Positions 8,520 to 16,859 of a stretch of DNA of 32,000 bases are shown here, in pieces (position 1 is the stretch's first letter; each line of letters starts with the position of its first letter). Origin of the DNA: Candidatus Saccharimonadota bacterium (GTDB lineage Bacteria > Patescibacteriota > Saccharimonadia > Saccharimonadales > Saccharimonadaceae); assembly GCA_000503915.1 (NCBI GenBank), contig CP006915.1, forward strand, positions 270,001-302,000, written 5' to 3'. The notes under the pieces were generated by a model. The model did no database searches, had not been told where the DNA came from, and worked only from the letters and a program-made list of their open reading frames with translations. Both the position numbers and the translations under genes were made by a program.

Positions 8520-9875
8520 ATGAGTCATTCTTTGTGGCAAAGCGTTTTAGGTGAGATTGAGCTCTCGGTTTCGCACGCCACCTACATGACTTGGTTTAAA
8601 AACACCGAACTGGTTAACCAATCAGCTTCTGAAGTTACTATCGCTGTACCAAATATCTTCGCCAAGCGGCAATTCGAAGTAAAGTTCGACGAACAGATCA
8701 GAGGTGTTCTCGCCAAAAACGGCGTCTCGCCAAAAACTGTTAACTATACCGTAAAGACGACCGTTCAACGACCGACGGCATCTAGAGAGACAACAATTAG
8801 CCACGCGGCTGACCGTCTGGTAGCGCCCCGTCAAGTAGAACACTCTGCTCTAACACCAAAAACGACACTTAATCCACGTTATAGTTTCGAGAGTTTCATT
8901 GTCGGATCGAGCAACGACCTCGCCTATAGCGCCTGTCAGGCAGTGGCAAAAAACCCAGGAACCAAATATAATCCCCTCTTCCTTTACGGCGGGGTGGGTT
9001 TGGGTAAAACCCATCTCATCCAGGCGGTTGGTAATGAGATTATCAAACACCAGCCAGAGAAAGTGGTGCTCTATATTAGTTCTGAAACGTTCGTTAATGA
9101 TTTCCTTGAAAGTATCCGCTACAAGAAAAAAGGTTTCGCCGATAAATATCGTAATGTTGATGTATTGATCGTCGACGATATGCAGTTTATCGCCGGCAAG
9201 GAAAAAACTCAGGAAGAATTCTTCCACACCTTTAACGCCCTTCACCAAGCCAATAAGCAAATTATTATTAGCAGCGACAAGCCACCGCGTAATATACCCA
9301 CTCTTACGGAGCGCCTCAGAAGCCGATTTGAATGGGGGATGTCTATTGATATCCAGATGCCTGATTTTGAAACACGCTGTGCTATCCTGGAGGCAAAGTC
9401 AGCGCTGTCGGGCGTGGAAGTCGCCCGGGAGACAATTGAATATCTTGCGAATAACATCAAGACAAATGTGCGCGAACTTGAAGGAGCACTCAATCAACTA
9501 CTCGCCTACGCTGAAATGCGTGGTGTTCCAGCCGATATCTCGACAGCTGAAGGTTTAATCGGCAATGTTCGTCATTCACGCCCTCAACATTTAAATGCTC
9601 GTCAGATTATTGATAAAACCGCTCGTCATTTTAGTTTGAGCGCTCAGGAGATTTGTAGTCCAAAACGCGACAAACATATTGTAACACCGCGCCAAATCGC
9701 CATGTATCTTTTACGTAGCGAGCTTCACCTTAGTTTCCCAAAGATTGCGACTGAACTCGGTCGGAAAGACCACACGACCGCTATTCATTCGGTTGAAAAA
9801 ATCGAGAAGGCTGTTAAATTAGATTTTCTCATTCGTGAACAAGTCGCCGATATACGAGATAAGCTCTATGCGTAG
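8520..9875 (+). CDS. dnaA: Chromosomal replication initiator protein DnaA
   Basis: 451-aa ORF. Motifs: Walker A GGVGLGKTHL, Walker B LIVDDMQF, sensor/box VII region, and the C-terminal DNA-binding signature GRKDHTTAIHSVEKI. Confidence 0.97.
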   Translation: MSHSLWQSVLGEIELSVSHATYMTWFKNTELVNQSASEVTIAVPNIFAKRQFEVKFDEQIRGVLAKNGVSPKTVNYTVKTTVQRPTASRETTISHAADRLVAPRQVEHSALTPKTTLNPRYSFESFIVGSSNDLAYSACQAVAKNPGTKYNPLFLYGGVGLGKTHLIQAVGNEIIKHQPEKVVLYISSETFVNDFLESIRYKKKGFADKYRNVDVLIVDDMQFIAGKEKTQEEFFHTFNALHQANKQIIISSDKPPRNIPTLTERLRSRFEWGMSIDIQMPDFETRCAILEAKSALSGVEVARETIEYLANNIKTNVRELEGALNQLLAYAEMRGVPADISTAEGLIGNVRHSRPQHLNARQIIDKTARHFSLSAQEICSPKRDKHIVTPRQIAMYLLRSELHLSFPKIATELGRKDHTTAIHSVEKIEKAVKLDFLIREQVADIRDKLYA

Positions 9876-10142
9876 AACAATTTTATTATGCGAACAATCT
9901 GTGCAAAACCTGGGTGTTTACGACAGTACAATTTGTGTTCAGTCTTCCACAATAACAATAGCCTCACTATGTGTCTCGTTATGGATAGGGGTAAAACAGC
10001 GCTTTTTGCCCGCCTTTTCCCTCACCAACCACAACATTTCTCCACATAGTAAACTTCGCTATCTACCCCCAATACGAACAAGTGTTTTACACATCTCCAC
10101 ACCTCTTACTATTAAGACGACGAAAGGAATAAAAGAATAATC
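9876..10142. other. Candidate oriC, right part (DnaA-box-like repeats in the dnaA-dnaN spacer)
   Basis: This 267-nt non-coding spacer is unusually long for so compact a window. Three same-orientation DnaA-box-like 9-mers end in TCCACA: TCTTCCACA 9943-9951, TTCTCCACA 10038-10046 and ATCTCCACA 10093-10101. An AT-rich tail at 10108-10142 follows. Confidence 0.5.
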
Positions 10143-11246
10143 ATGGAACTCACAGTAACTCAGGAAAATTTCACAAAAGCGCTTAGTAATGCCAGTCGTG
10201 TAGCTAGCTCAAAAGCAGGACTGCCGATTCTTAGTAATATCCTTTTAAGGACAGATGGCTCAAGACTCCTCGTCGCTGCAACAAACCTTGAAGTAGCTAC
10301 AATGAATGCTATCGGTGCGAAAGTTAGTAAGCCAGGCTCGATCACAATCCCAGCCCGCTTAATTAGTGAGTTTGTACAAAACCTTCCAAAAGAGCAGATT
10401 ACTTTAACGGTAAAAAATAGCAAACTTCACCTATCGTCTGGTGCCTATTCTTCAACAATAAACGGATTGGCCGATGATGAGTTTCCAGAACTCCCCACTA
10501 TCGATACTAAAAGGGCTGTCAGCTATAGCATTACGACCGATGATCTAAAGCAAGCCGTATCACAAACAATCATTGCCTCAAGTAGTGACACTACCCGGCC
10601 GGTATTAACTGGTGTGTTCTGGCATTCCCATAACGGGCACGTCTATCTTGCAGCAACCGATGGCTACCGTCTCACGGAAAGAAAAATCGTCAAAACATCA
10701 AGTGAGCTTGCGGCTATTATTCCCACCTCAAGCCTCCAGGAAGTTTTACGGAGCCTCCGTGATGACATCCACGAGATTGAGATATTATTCGATGAAACTC
10801 AAGCAACGTTTCGTTTCGCGGAAATAGAGATCACCAGCCGCTTAATTGATGGTAGCTTCCCTGACTACCGTCAGCTAATCCCGGCAAAATCAGAAACAGT
10901 ATTCACTTTGAACCGGGAAGAATTTGTCCGCACAATTAAGATAGCTAGTTTGTTTGCGCGTGAGTCTGGCGGCGGTATTACATTAGCGCTCGATACTGAT
11001 AAAAAAACACTTACAATCCACTCTGTCGCATCGGAAGTTGGCGAAAACTCATCAGAGATTAATGTGACTACCACTGGTGCGGGGGGGAATGTTAGTCTCA
11101 ACTCGCGCTACCTACTCGATGCGCTCAGTGTTATGAATAGTGAAAATGTATCGTTTGAGTTTTCTGGTAAACTCGCTCCGTGTATTTTACATAATGACGC
11201 CAAAGAGCTCGACTATAAACATATTATTATGCCACTAAAGAGCTAG
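10143..11246 (+). CDS. dnaN: DNA polymerase III beta sliding clamp
   Basis: 367-aa ORF directly after dnaA. It has a typical DnaN N-terminus (F..AL..V.....K...PIL.NILL) and the three-domain length. Confidence 0.95.
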   Translation: MELTVTQENFTKALSNASRVASSKAGLPILSNILLRTDGSRLLVAATNLEVATMNAIGAKVSKPGSITIPARLISEFVQNLPKEQITLTVKNSKLHLSSGAYSSTINGLADDEFPELPTIDTKRAVSYSITTDDLKQAVSQTIIASSSDTTRPVLTGVFWHSHNGHVYLAATDGYRLTERKIVKTSSELAAIIPTSSLQEVLRSLRDDIHEIEILFDETQATFRFAEIEITSRLIDGSFPDYRQLIPAKSETVFTLNREEFVRTIKIASLFARESGGGITLALDTDKKTLTIHSVASEVGENSSEINVTTTGAGGNVSLNSRYLLDALSVMNSENVSFEFSGKLAPCILHNDAKELDYKHIIMPLKS

Positions 11247-11926
11247 CCGCCGATTATATCGAGATTGAAACTGTACTGATTAGAGTTAAGACCCTTAGAA
11301 GAAAGATATTTCTTCGCTTCAGCGACACGCTGTTTTATGATAGTTGCCTTATTGCCAAGATCGACCCGTGAGAGATACACAGTAAGATCGATCGTCAAAA
11401 GTGTCTCTCCATCCGGTGTGGTAACAAAACTTGGCGCAAGCGCGTATGACAGCGTACTGTACGGAATATAGTACATTATTGGGTCGGTATAGTAGGCTGG
11501 TCGCTCGCCCTCAAGACGCTTAATCTCTTTTTGTTGATCATTTGGAAGATCGTTAAACGATATGTCTCTCGGAGTAAATCGTACAGTACTGTCGTACTTG
11601 AAGCCGTCGTTAGACACGGCCTTAAGGCTAAATAATGCTTCTTTCCCGGCCGATAGGTTGGCGCTATTTAGGTAGAGCTTTATCGTTGACCCTTTCACCG
11701 ATACCTTGTCTTCAAATATCACCCCATTTCCCTCTATCTTCACACTGGAGGATTTAAGTGGTTTATTGAAGTTAAGTTCAAGCGAGGGGGTTTGGTAAGA
11801 TATGGAACCAAGCGATGGGTTGCTTGAGCTGATATAGAGAGTAAAAAAGAAACGAAGCACAAAAAAACCTATAATTATAAGTGGGAGCAACGAGGCAACT
11901 AAGATTATTTTCTTTGTAATTATCAT
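11243..11926 (-). CDS. Membrane-anchored hypothetical protein (N-terminal TM, extracytoplasmic beta-rich/Ig-like segment); last gene of the T4SS-like operon
   Basis: 227-aa ORF with one N-terminal hydrophobic helix (IILVASLLPLIIIGFFVLRFFF). The segment LELNFNKPL...VKIEG...STIKLYLNS...LFSLKAVSNDG has the rhythm of an SbsA/Big-type Ig-like domain. It starts 8 nt after the CHAP hydrolase gene. I recognise no catalytic motif. Confidence 0.5.
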   Translation of the reverse strand: MIITKKIILVASLLPLIIIGFFVLRFFFTLYISSSNPSLGSISYQTPSLELNFNKPLKSSSVKIEGNGVIFEDKVSVKGSTIKLYLNSANLSAGKEALFSLKAVSNDGFKYDSTVRFTPRDISFNDLPNDQQKEIKRLEGERPAYYTDPIMYYIPYSTLSYALAPSFVTTPDGETLLTIDLTVYLSRVDLGNKATIIKQRVAEAKKYLSSKGLNSNQYSFNLDIIGG

Positions 11927-11934
11927 TTTATCCC

Positions 11935-13188
11935 CTACTCTTTCGGTGAAACATAACCAACGATACTATCATTCCAGTCGTCTTTGGTGACGCTTGAGGT
12001 AGACGGTCCACCGTCGCCGGATTGGTTGCCACCAATTTTCATCACAACACCGTTATCGGCTGATACGACGATACTGACATGGCTTACTGAACTTCCCTTT
12101 TGTATTTGTAAGTCACCTGGCTGTGGGGTGTAACCTGCGGCGTTGTGGTAGACGAACTTATCGCCATCCTTGCCTATTTGCGCCACTTCATCCACGGTTG
12201 GGACATTACCCCCATTGCTAGTCTTTAATGGGTAGCCGGCTTGGCTATAGATCCAGCTGACGAAATCAGCACACCAGTTTTCATCACGGCCTTGGCTATA
12301 CTTATGAAAGTCGGTACCGGGCTTTAGCACATCACCTTCCCATAACTGTAACTCTTTCTCAGCCAGTGCCAGTACTCGCTGGCGCACTTCGCCGGATTGG
12401 GCGGTCTGACATGAATCGGTCGAGGAAATGCCAGCCATCGCTCCATAGACAACAAACGCCCCGTAGTCGTCATTAGCTGGATAGACTATACCGCCACCGT
12501 CGGTCTGGATCTGGCCCCAGCCTGTGGGGTTGCGCTCTGGGTCGCGGGGTTCATCAGCAATATTCATAACGTACGGCGAACCTTCATAGGGCTGGTTGAA
12601 GCCAAGTCGGGTAGCTTGCTCGGCGTAGACACTGGCGCGGCCGTTGTAGCTGAATAATGTGTCTTTTATGGCACTAATATCGCCGTTTTTGAGTAGTTCT
12701 GGGCTGGACGAAGCGTTCTTGAGAAAGTCTGCAGCCTCAGAACTTTGCTTGGCAAACGTGACGTCGTCGATGGTTGGAGACGCTGGGTAATTGACCGAAA
12801 GAATCTGGTAAGGACCGTCGCCGTTTACCGGGTTGTAGCGGCGCAAGCCGGTCTCGCGCAGATGGATGACGGCCAGTAGCTGCCAAGGAATACCGGCCTT
12901 GTCTGCCGCCGCTTCGTAAAACGGCTTATTTTCATTAAGCGCTTTTAGTTGGGCATCGGAGAGAATTGGACGGCTACGGTAGTCTTTATTCGTGCCAGTT
13001 CCCGCTATACCACTGAGTGAGCCTTGTTCGCAGACAGCGCCGCTCGCATCAGGGTTGTAATAGATAATATCGTTGCCCGAAAAAAACTGTTCGTCGAATG
13101 CATAGACCGACGAGCTATATAGCATCGATACGGTGAATGCTACCGCTAAAACTTGATACGAAATCCTCTGTTTATTTATCGTGCGCAT
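11935..13188 (-). CDS. Secreted cell-wall hydrolase: lysozyme/SLT-like N-domain plus C-terminal CHAP amidase/peptidase domain (VirB1/PrgK-type T4SS hydrolase)
   Basis: 417-aa ORF with a signal peptide (MRTINKQRISYQVLAVAFTVSMLYSSSVYA). The N-domain IPWQLLAVIHLRETG...NPVNGDGPYQI resembles the ES...GxxGxMQ core of lytic transglycosylases. The C-domain has the CHAP catalytic Cys context NWCADFVSWIY and a downstream His (VSHVSIVV). It overlaps the upstream giant gene by 13 nt. Confidence 0.75.
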   Translation of the reverse strand: MRTINKQRISYQVLAVAFTVSMLYSSSVYAFDEQFFSGNDIIYYNPDASGAVCEQGSLSGIAGTGTNKDYRSRPILSDAQLKALNENKPFYEAAADKAGIPWQLLAVIHLRETGLRRYNPVNGDGPYQILSVNYPASPTIDDVTFAKQSSEAADFLKNASSSPELLKNGDISAIKDTLFSYNGRASVYAEQATRLGFNQPYEGSPYVMNIADEPRDPERNPTGWGQIQTDGGGIVYPANDDYGAFVVYGAMAGISSTDSCQTAQSGEVRQRVLALAEKELQLWEGDVLKPGTDFHKYSQGRDENWCADFVSWIYSQAGYPLKTSNGGNVPTVDEVAQIGKDGDKFVYHNAAGYTPQPGDLQIQKGSSVSHVSIVVSADNGVVMKIGGNQSGDGGPSTSSVTKDDWNDSIVGYVSPKE

Positions 13189-16100
13189 GGAGCTGCCGCC
13201 TTGCGAGTAAATTCCTGGAGGTTTATTGACGTACCGTCCATAGCGAGGAAAACATCCTGAGGGCAGATATGTTTACCATCGAGTGCCATATCAATATGAA
13301 GGTGCGCGCCGTCAACTTTACAGCCAAGCTTACCCAGGCTTAGTATTTGCTGCCCGGCTTTGACGTTGTCGCCGACTTTGAATTTTGGATTAGTGCCGTG
13401 TCCGTACGCAATTTGCAGTTTTCCTTGAGAGGTGTCTGATTCGATTATCATACCATCTCCCAGGCCACAGAGATTTGTTCGCGTGACTATACCGTCGAGC
13501 ATTGAATAAATCGGCGAGCCGAGCGGTGGACTACTTATATCCACGGCTATCCCAATAGCGTAAGGGCTTGTGAAGGTACCGCTTATTAGGGTGTGTGCGT
13601 CGAGGAAATCGCTCCGGTTTGATGTCCACCATTTTTTATTGACCGGCCAGGCAAAACCAGAGGCACTGACCGATCCGGTAGCTCCGAGGCCTGTCGTACT
13701 GGGAATTTCGACATCGCTATATACCATGTTATGGTCTGATCCGTCTTCGTCTTTGCCACCCCTGACGTATCCGTAATTACTAGCACGCATAGAGGTACTG
13801 ATAAATATATGGTCGATCAGATTATTGCCTCTAACGTCGCGTTCGCTTGGGCATTCGCCTGTTTTATTTTGCTGCGCATCAGACACATGCCATAGCAGCT
13901 CGTCTCGTGTCAGGATGCAGTAGGAGAGGTTCTCTCTCTTCCCGTCGAGTGGCTTATTCCCACTTGCTTCGACGGTCATCTTAGAGTTGAAGTCACCGGT
14001 AAATATCACGGGGGCATCGTTCAGCTCGTTTTTGATTAACGCTGCGTACATATCGTTATTATCTTTACGGTCTTGTGGTCCACCCGCAGAGTCGGCTCGT
14101 TTATTGATCGGGTCGTGCGTGTTGAGTACGTAAAATTCTGGTCCATTAGCCCCATTTTCAATATATCGAAGCTTCACAACATTGAGCTTGCGGTTGCCGT
14201 CGTATCTGATTTTCTTCTGTTGAGCGCTGACGAATTCAAACTTCGTTTTATTCCATAACACGACAGAGTCGGGGTTGACGTCTAGGTCTGCTCCGTCTCC
14301 CGGCTTTGTCGGCCACATATCATAGACGTCGGCTCCATACTCGGCACTTTTTAGTGCTACTTGCTGCTTTGGACGTGCCTCCTGGAGTCCGGCGATGTCG
14401 ATATTGTTGTCTTTCAGGGTAGCAATAGAGTCTTTGAGCCTATTATCCCAGGTGAGCGGGTCGTCAGCATGGAGGATATTAAAGGTTGCGACTCTAAACT
14501 GAGCACCAGTGCCGCTGTAGCTACTAGTGAGAGGTTCGTCGTCGCTACCATCAAGAATGTCACTAACCTGCTTGTCGTATTGATAGAGCGATTCGGCCGC
14601 TTTGGTTTTGTTGTCAATCGTGCAGCCACCGACCGACTCCAAATCAGCTTCCGCACAGTCGGCGAGCCGATCAGCGATCTTGCTGTCGTTTTCATCCCAC
14701 ATACCGGTATCTTTATTGATATTGGCGCCTTCCTCCTCGGTAGCGATTTTATATACCTCGTCAACCGACATATTGAGGTATTCTGCCGGTATACCGACAC
14801 ATGGGTAGCCGGCCGGATTGATAGCGATGTCGTCTTCGATATCAAACATACTGGCATGGCTACAACGCGCCTCGGCCGCCGCCGCGTCTTCCTCGGGGGT
14901 GGCGCCAGCCGTCGGCGAGATAATACTACTAGGAGTGCGGAGGAGTAATGAGCCGATCGACGACATGGAGGTGAACAGATTGTTTGATAAAACACCACTG
15001 GTCGATAGGCCGGAGACAATACTTCCCATGAAGGTGTACTTACTGGATATGTCAAACGGGTTTAGGGTGGCAATAGCCTCTTGCCGGTAGTCATTCTCGA
15101 CATCATCCATTGCCTGGTTGAAAGCGACTACCTGGTTTGTCTTTAGTACACCCCCACCACCCGCCAGGCCGCTCATAGAGAAGTAACTGAAAAGCCCCAC
15201 GCCGAGCGCGTCACCCAGTTTTTCGCCCCGCGCTCCCTCGGTGTAGTTATCAACAAAACCAGCAGTAAGCTTAAAGGCTTGATCTGCAACAAAGTTAATA
15301 AGGCCAGACTTGTCGGCAATCGTTATGAAAGCGTCTACTGCACCGATGCCAATAAGAACCTTAGCTACAGCTTTTAAAGTTGCCCATGCAACAAAAGAAA
15401 GGCCAAGCGTTTCTGGACCAGCTGCGGCTGCGACTGATGCATCCACAGCTGTGGCGGCTACAAGAGCTTCTGGACTCATTATCTTGTTACATGCACCATT
15501 AGTTGCTTTATTGAGCTTTCCGGTACCTTGTACGAAAGAGTTCTTATATGCGGCGTAGCCGGGGGCGTATCTTGAGTTAGGGGTTATATTCTTGTTCACT
15601 CCAATGGCACTGAGCAAGATTGCAGAATCAAGCGCTGATTTTCCGTCGACAGTCTCTGTAAGCTTCGACCCAAGCGCTGACACTTCTTCGGAGCTTGCTT
15701 CACCGGCTTTTATCTTCCCGGCAGGTGACAAAACGGCATCGTTAACCAACACAAGAATCTGGGCAAGTTGTATTGCTCGGTATGTTCCGGCAATAAAACC
15801 GGGAAGATTAGATAATACACAATATCCAGTGCCAAGCGTAAGTGATACACTTCCGCCCGATTTCTTAATCCGTTCACCTGATCTTTCTACGAGCGATTTG
15901 AATCTATCATGGAACTTCGCCTTCTTTGCCGTCTCATCAAGGTCGGAGCTGGAAGAATCAAGCTTTTTATCAAGCTCATCATCTACATTGTCGGCGTTAA
16001 GTTTCTTGTCATCCGAGGCGAGGCCACCAGTTTGAGCGAGACCAAACTTGCTGTAGAATACTTTCTTTATGTATTTCCCTGTCCACGCTCGGTAGCGCAT

Positions 16101-16847
16101 ACTGTAGGATTTCTTGAAAGCACTTCGAAGCTCAGGATTTCGTTTATATTCTTTGGCAAGTTCTGAGGCATTTATTGTCCGTTTGCCACCATCGGCCAGT
16201 GTGTCGGGGATTTCATATTTCGCCGGATTCCTGTCGGGATAGCCGGACTCTGAAGCTACTTTTATCTCTTTTCCATCGGCATCGAGCGGTTTGATGCCCT
16301 GGGCACTCATGCGGCTGAGCATTTTATTGGGCATTTTTCCCATATTACACTCATATTTGGACACCTTACAGCCGCTACTGTCGCCGCTACTGGACTTCTT
16401 CTCCAGCCATTTTACGAAGCGGTGATCCATGATGGTGCTGCGGCTATCGAGTGTATCAAGACTGTTGGCTTGGAGACTGGGGAACATACTGAAGCTTCCA
16501 AAAAGTGAGGAAAGGACAATCCCTAGGATCCCGACACCGCCGAATATACCGGTGGTAGCGCCTTTTCGACTTCCAGCGAAGCCGACTACTTTCTGCCGGA
16601 AACTACGGCCATCTCTTGGCTTAGTCTCCGAGGGTTGGTAGTTGTACTGATTCTCGCGGTTTTTGACATCATCGATATTCTGCGAGGCATTCGCTGGGTC
16701 ATTGGCGTAGGCTTCTGCCTGATCGAGACCGCTATTGGCGTAGTCACTGCCCGCTGCTTTTTCGCGTGCTTGAAGATCGGGATGCGTGTCGAACATCTCC
16801 CGTGCTCGTTCATCGATCTTGTCTTCACGTTTTATATTTTGAGCCAT
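13176..16847 (-). CDS. Giant membrane protein with a C-terminal endonuclease/exonuclease/phosphatase (EEP) domain and an M23/LytM-like peptidase domain
   Basis: 1223-aa ORF. The first ~95 aa are polar, followed by a TM (TGIFGGVGILGIVLSSLFGSF). A region of about 650 aa with several hydrophobic/amphipathic stretches has no motif I recognise. The EEP motif set lies at aa ~783-1043 (13719-14501): RVATFNIL, IAGLQEA, FTGDFNS, IDHIF, GSDHNMV. The M23 core lies at about 13230-13640: GSPIYSMLDGIV, AYGHG, GDNVKAGQ, GAHLHID. Confidence 0.8.
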   Translation of the reverse strand: MAQNIKREDKIDERAREMFDTHPDLQAREKAAGSDYANSGLDQAEAYANDPANASQNIDDVKNRENQYNYQPSETKPRDGRSFRQKVVGFAGSRKGATTGIFGGVGILGIVLSSLFGSFSMFPSLQANSLDTLDSRSTIMDHRFVKWLEKKSSSGDSSGCKVSKYECNMGKMPNKMLSRMSAQGIKPLDADGKEIKVASESGYPDRNPAKYEIPDTLADGGKRTINASELAKEYKRNPELRSAFKKSYSMRYRAWTGKYIKKVFYSKFGLAQTGGLASDDKKLNADNVDDELDKKLDSSSSDLDETAKKAKFHDRFKSLVERSGERIKKSGGSVSLTLGTGYCVLSNLPGFIAGTYRAIQLAQILVLVNDAVLSPAGKIKAGEASSEEVSALGSKLTETVDGKSALDSAILLSAIGVNKNITPNSRYAPGYAAYKNSFVQGTGKLNKATNGACNKIMSPEALVAATAVDASVAAAAGPETLGLSFVAWATLKAVAKVLIGIGAVDAFITIADKSGLINFVADQAFKLTAGFVDNYTEGARGEKLGDALGVGLFSYFSMSGLAGGGGVLKTNQVVAFNQAMDDVENDYRQEAIATLNPFDISSKYTFMGSIVSGLSTSGVLSNNLFTSMSSIGSLLLRTPSSIISPTAGATPEEDAAAAEARCSHASMFDIEDDIAINPAGYPCVGIPAEYLNMSVDEVYKIATEEEGANINKDTGMWDENDSKIADRLADCAEADLESVGGCTIDNKTKAAESLYQYDKQVSDILDGSDDEPLTSSYSGTGAQFRVATFNILHADDPLTWDNRLKDSIATLKDNNIDIAGLQEARPKQQVALKSAEYGADVYDMWPTKPGDGADLDVNPDSVVLWNKTKFEFVSAQQKKIRYDGNRKLNVVKLRYIENGANGPEFYVLNTHDPINKRADSAGGPQDRKDNNDMYAALIKNELNDAPVIFTGDFNSKMTVEASGNKPLDGKRENLSYCILTRDELLWHVSDAQQNKTGECPSERDVRGNNLIDHIFISTSMRASNYGYVRGGKDEDGSDHNMVYSDVEIPSTTGLGATGSVSASGFAWPVNKKWWTSNRSDFLDAHTLISGTFTSPYAIGIAVDISSPPLGSPIYSMLDGIVTRTNLCGLGDGMIIESDTSQGKLQIAYGHGTNPKFKVGDNVKAGQQILSLGKLGCKVDGAHLHIDMALDGKHICPQDVFLAMDGTSINLQEFTRKAAAPCAR

Positions 16848-16859
16848 AGCTACCTAAGA

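Noticed and set aside
9835-10140. 101-aa plus-strand ORF filling the dnaA-dnaN spacer
   Set aside because: It starts inside the 3' end of dnaA in another frame and has no SD. Its odd composition spans the DnaA-box-like repeats. The spacer is better explained as non-coding origin sequence.
14361-15055. 195-aa (+) and 213-aa (-) ORFs inside the 1223-aa gene
   Set aside because: Both are alternative-frame or antisense ORFs nested in a long gene whose main frame carries clear EEP and M23 motifs. Their products are Arg/Ser/Pro-rich and look like out-of-frame artefacts.
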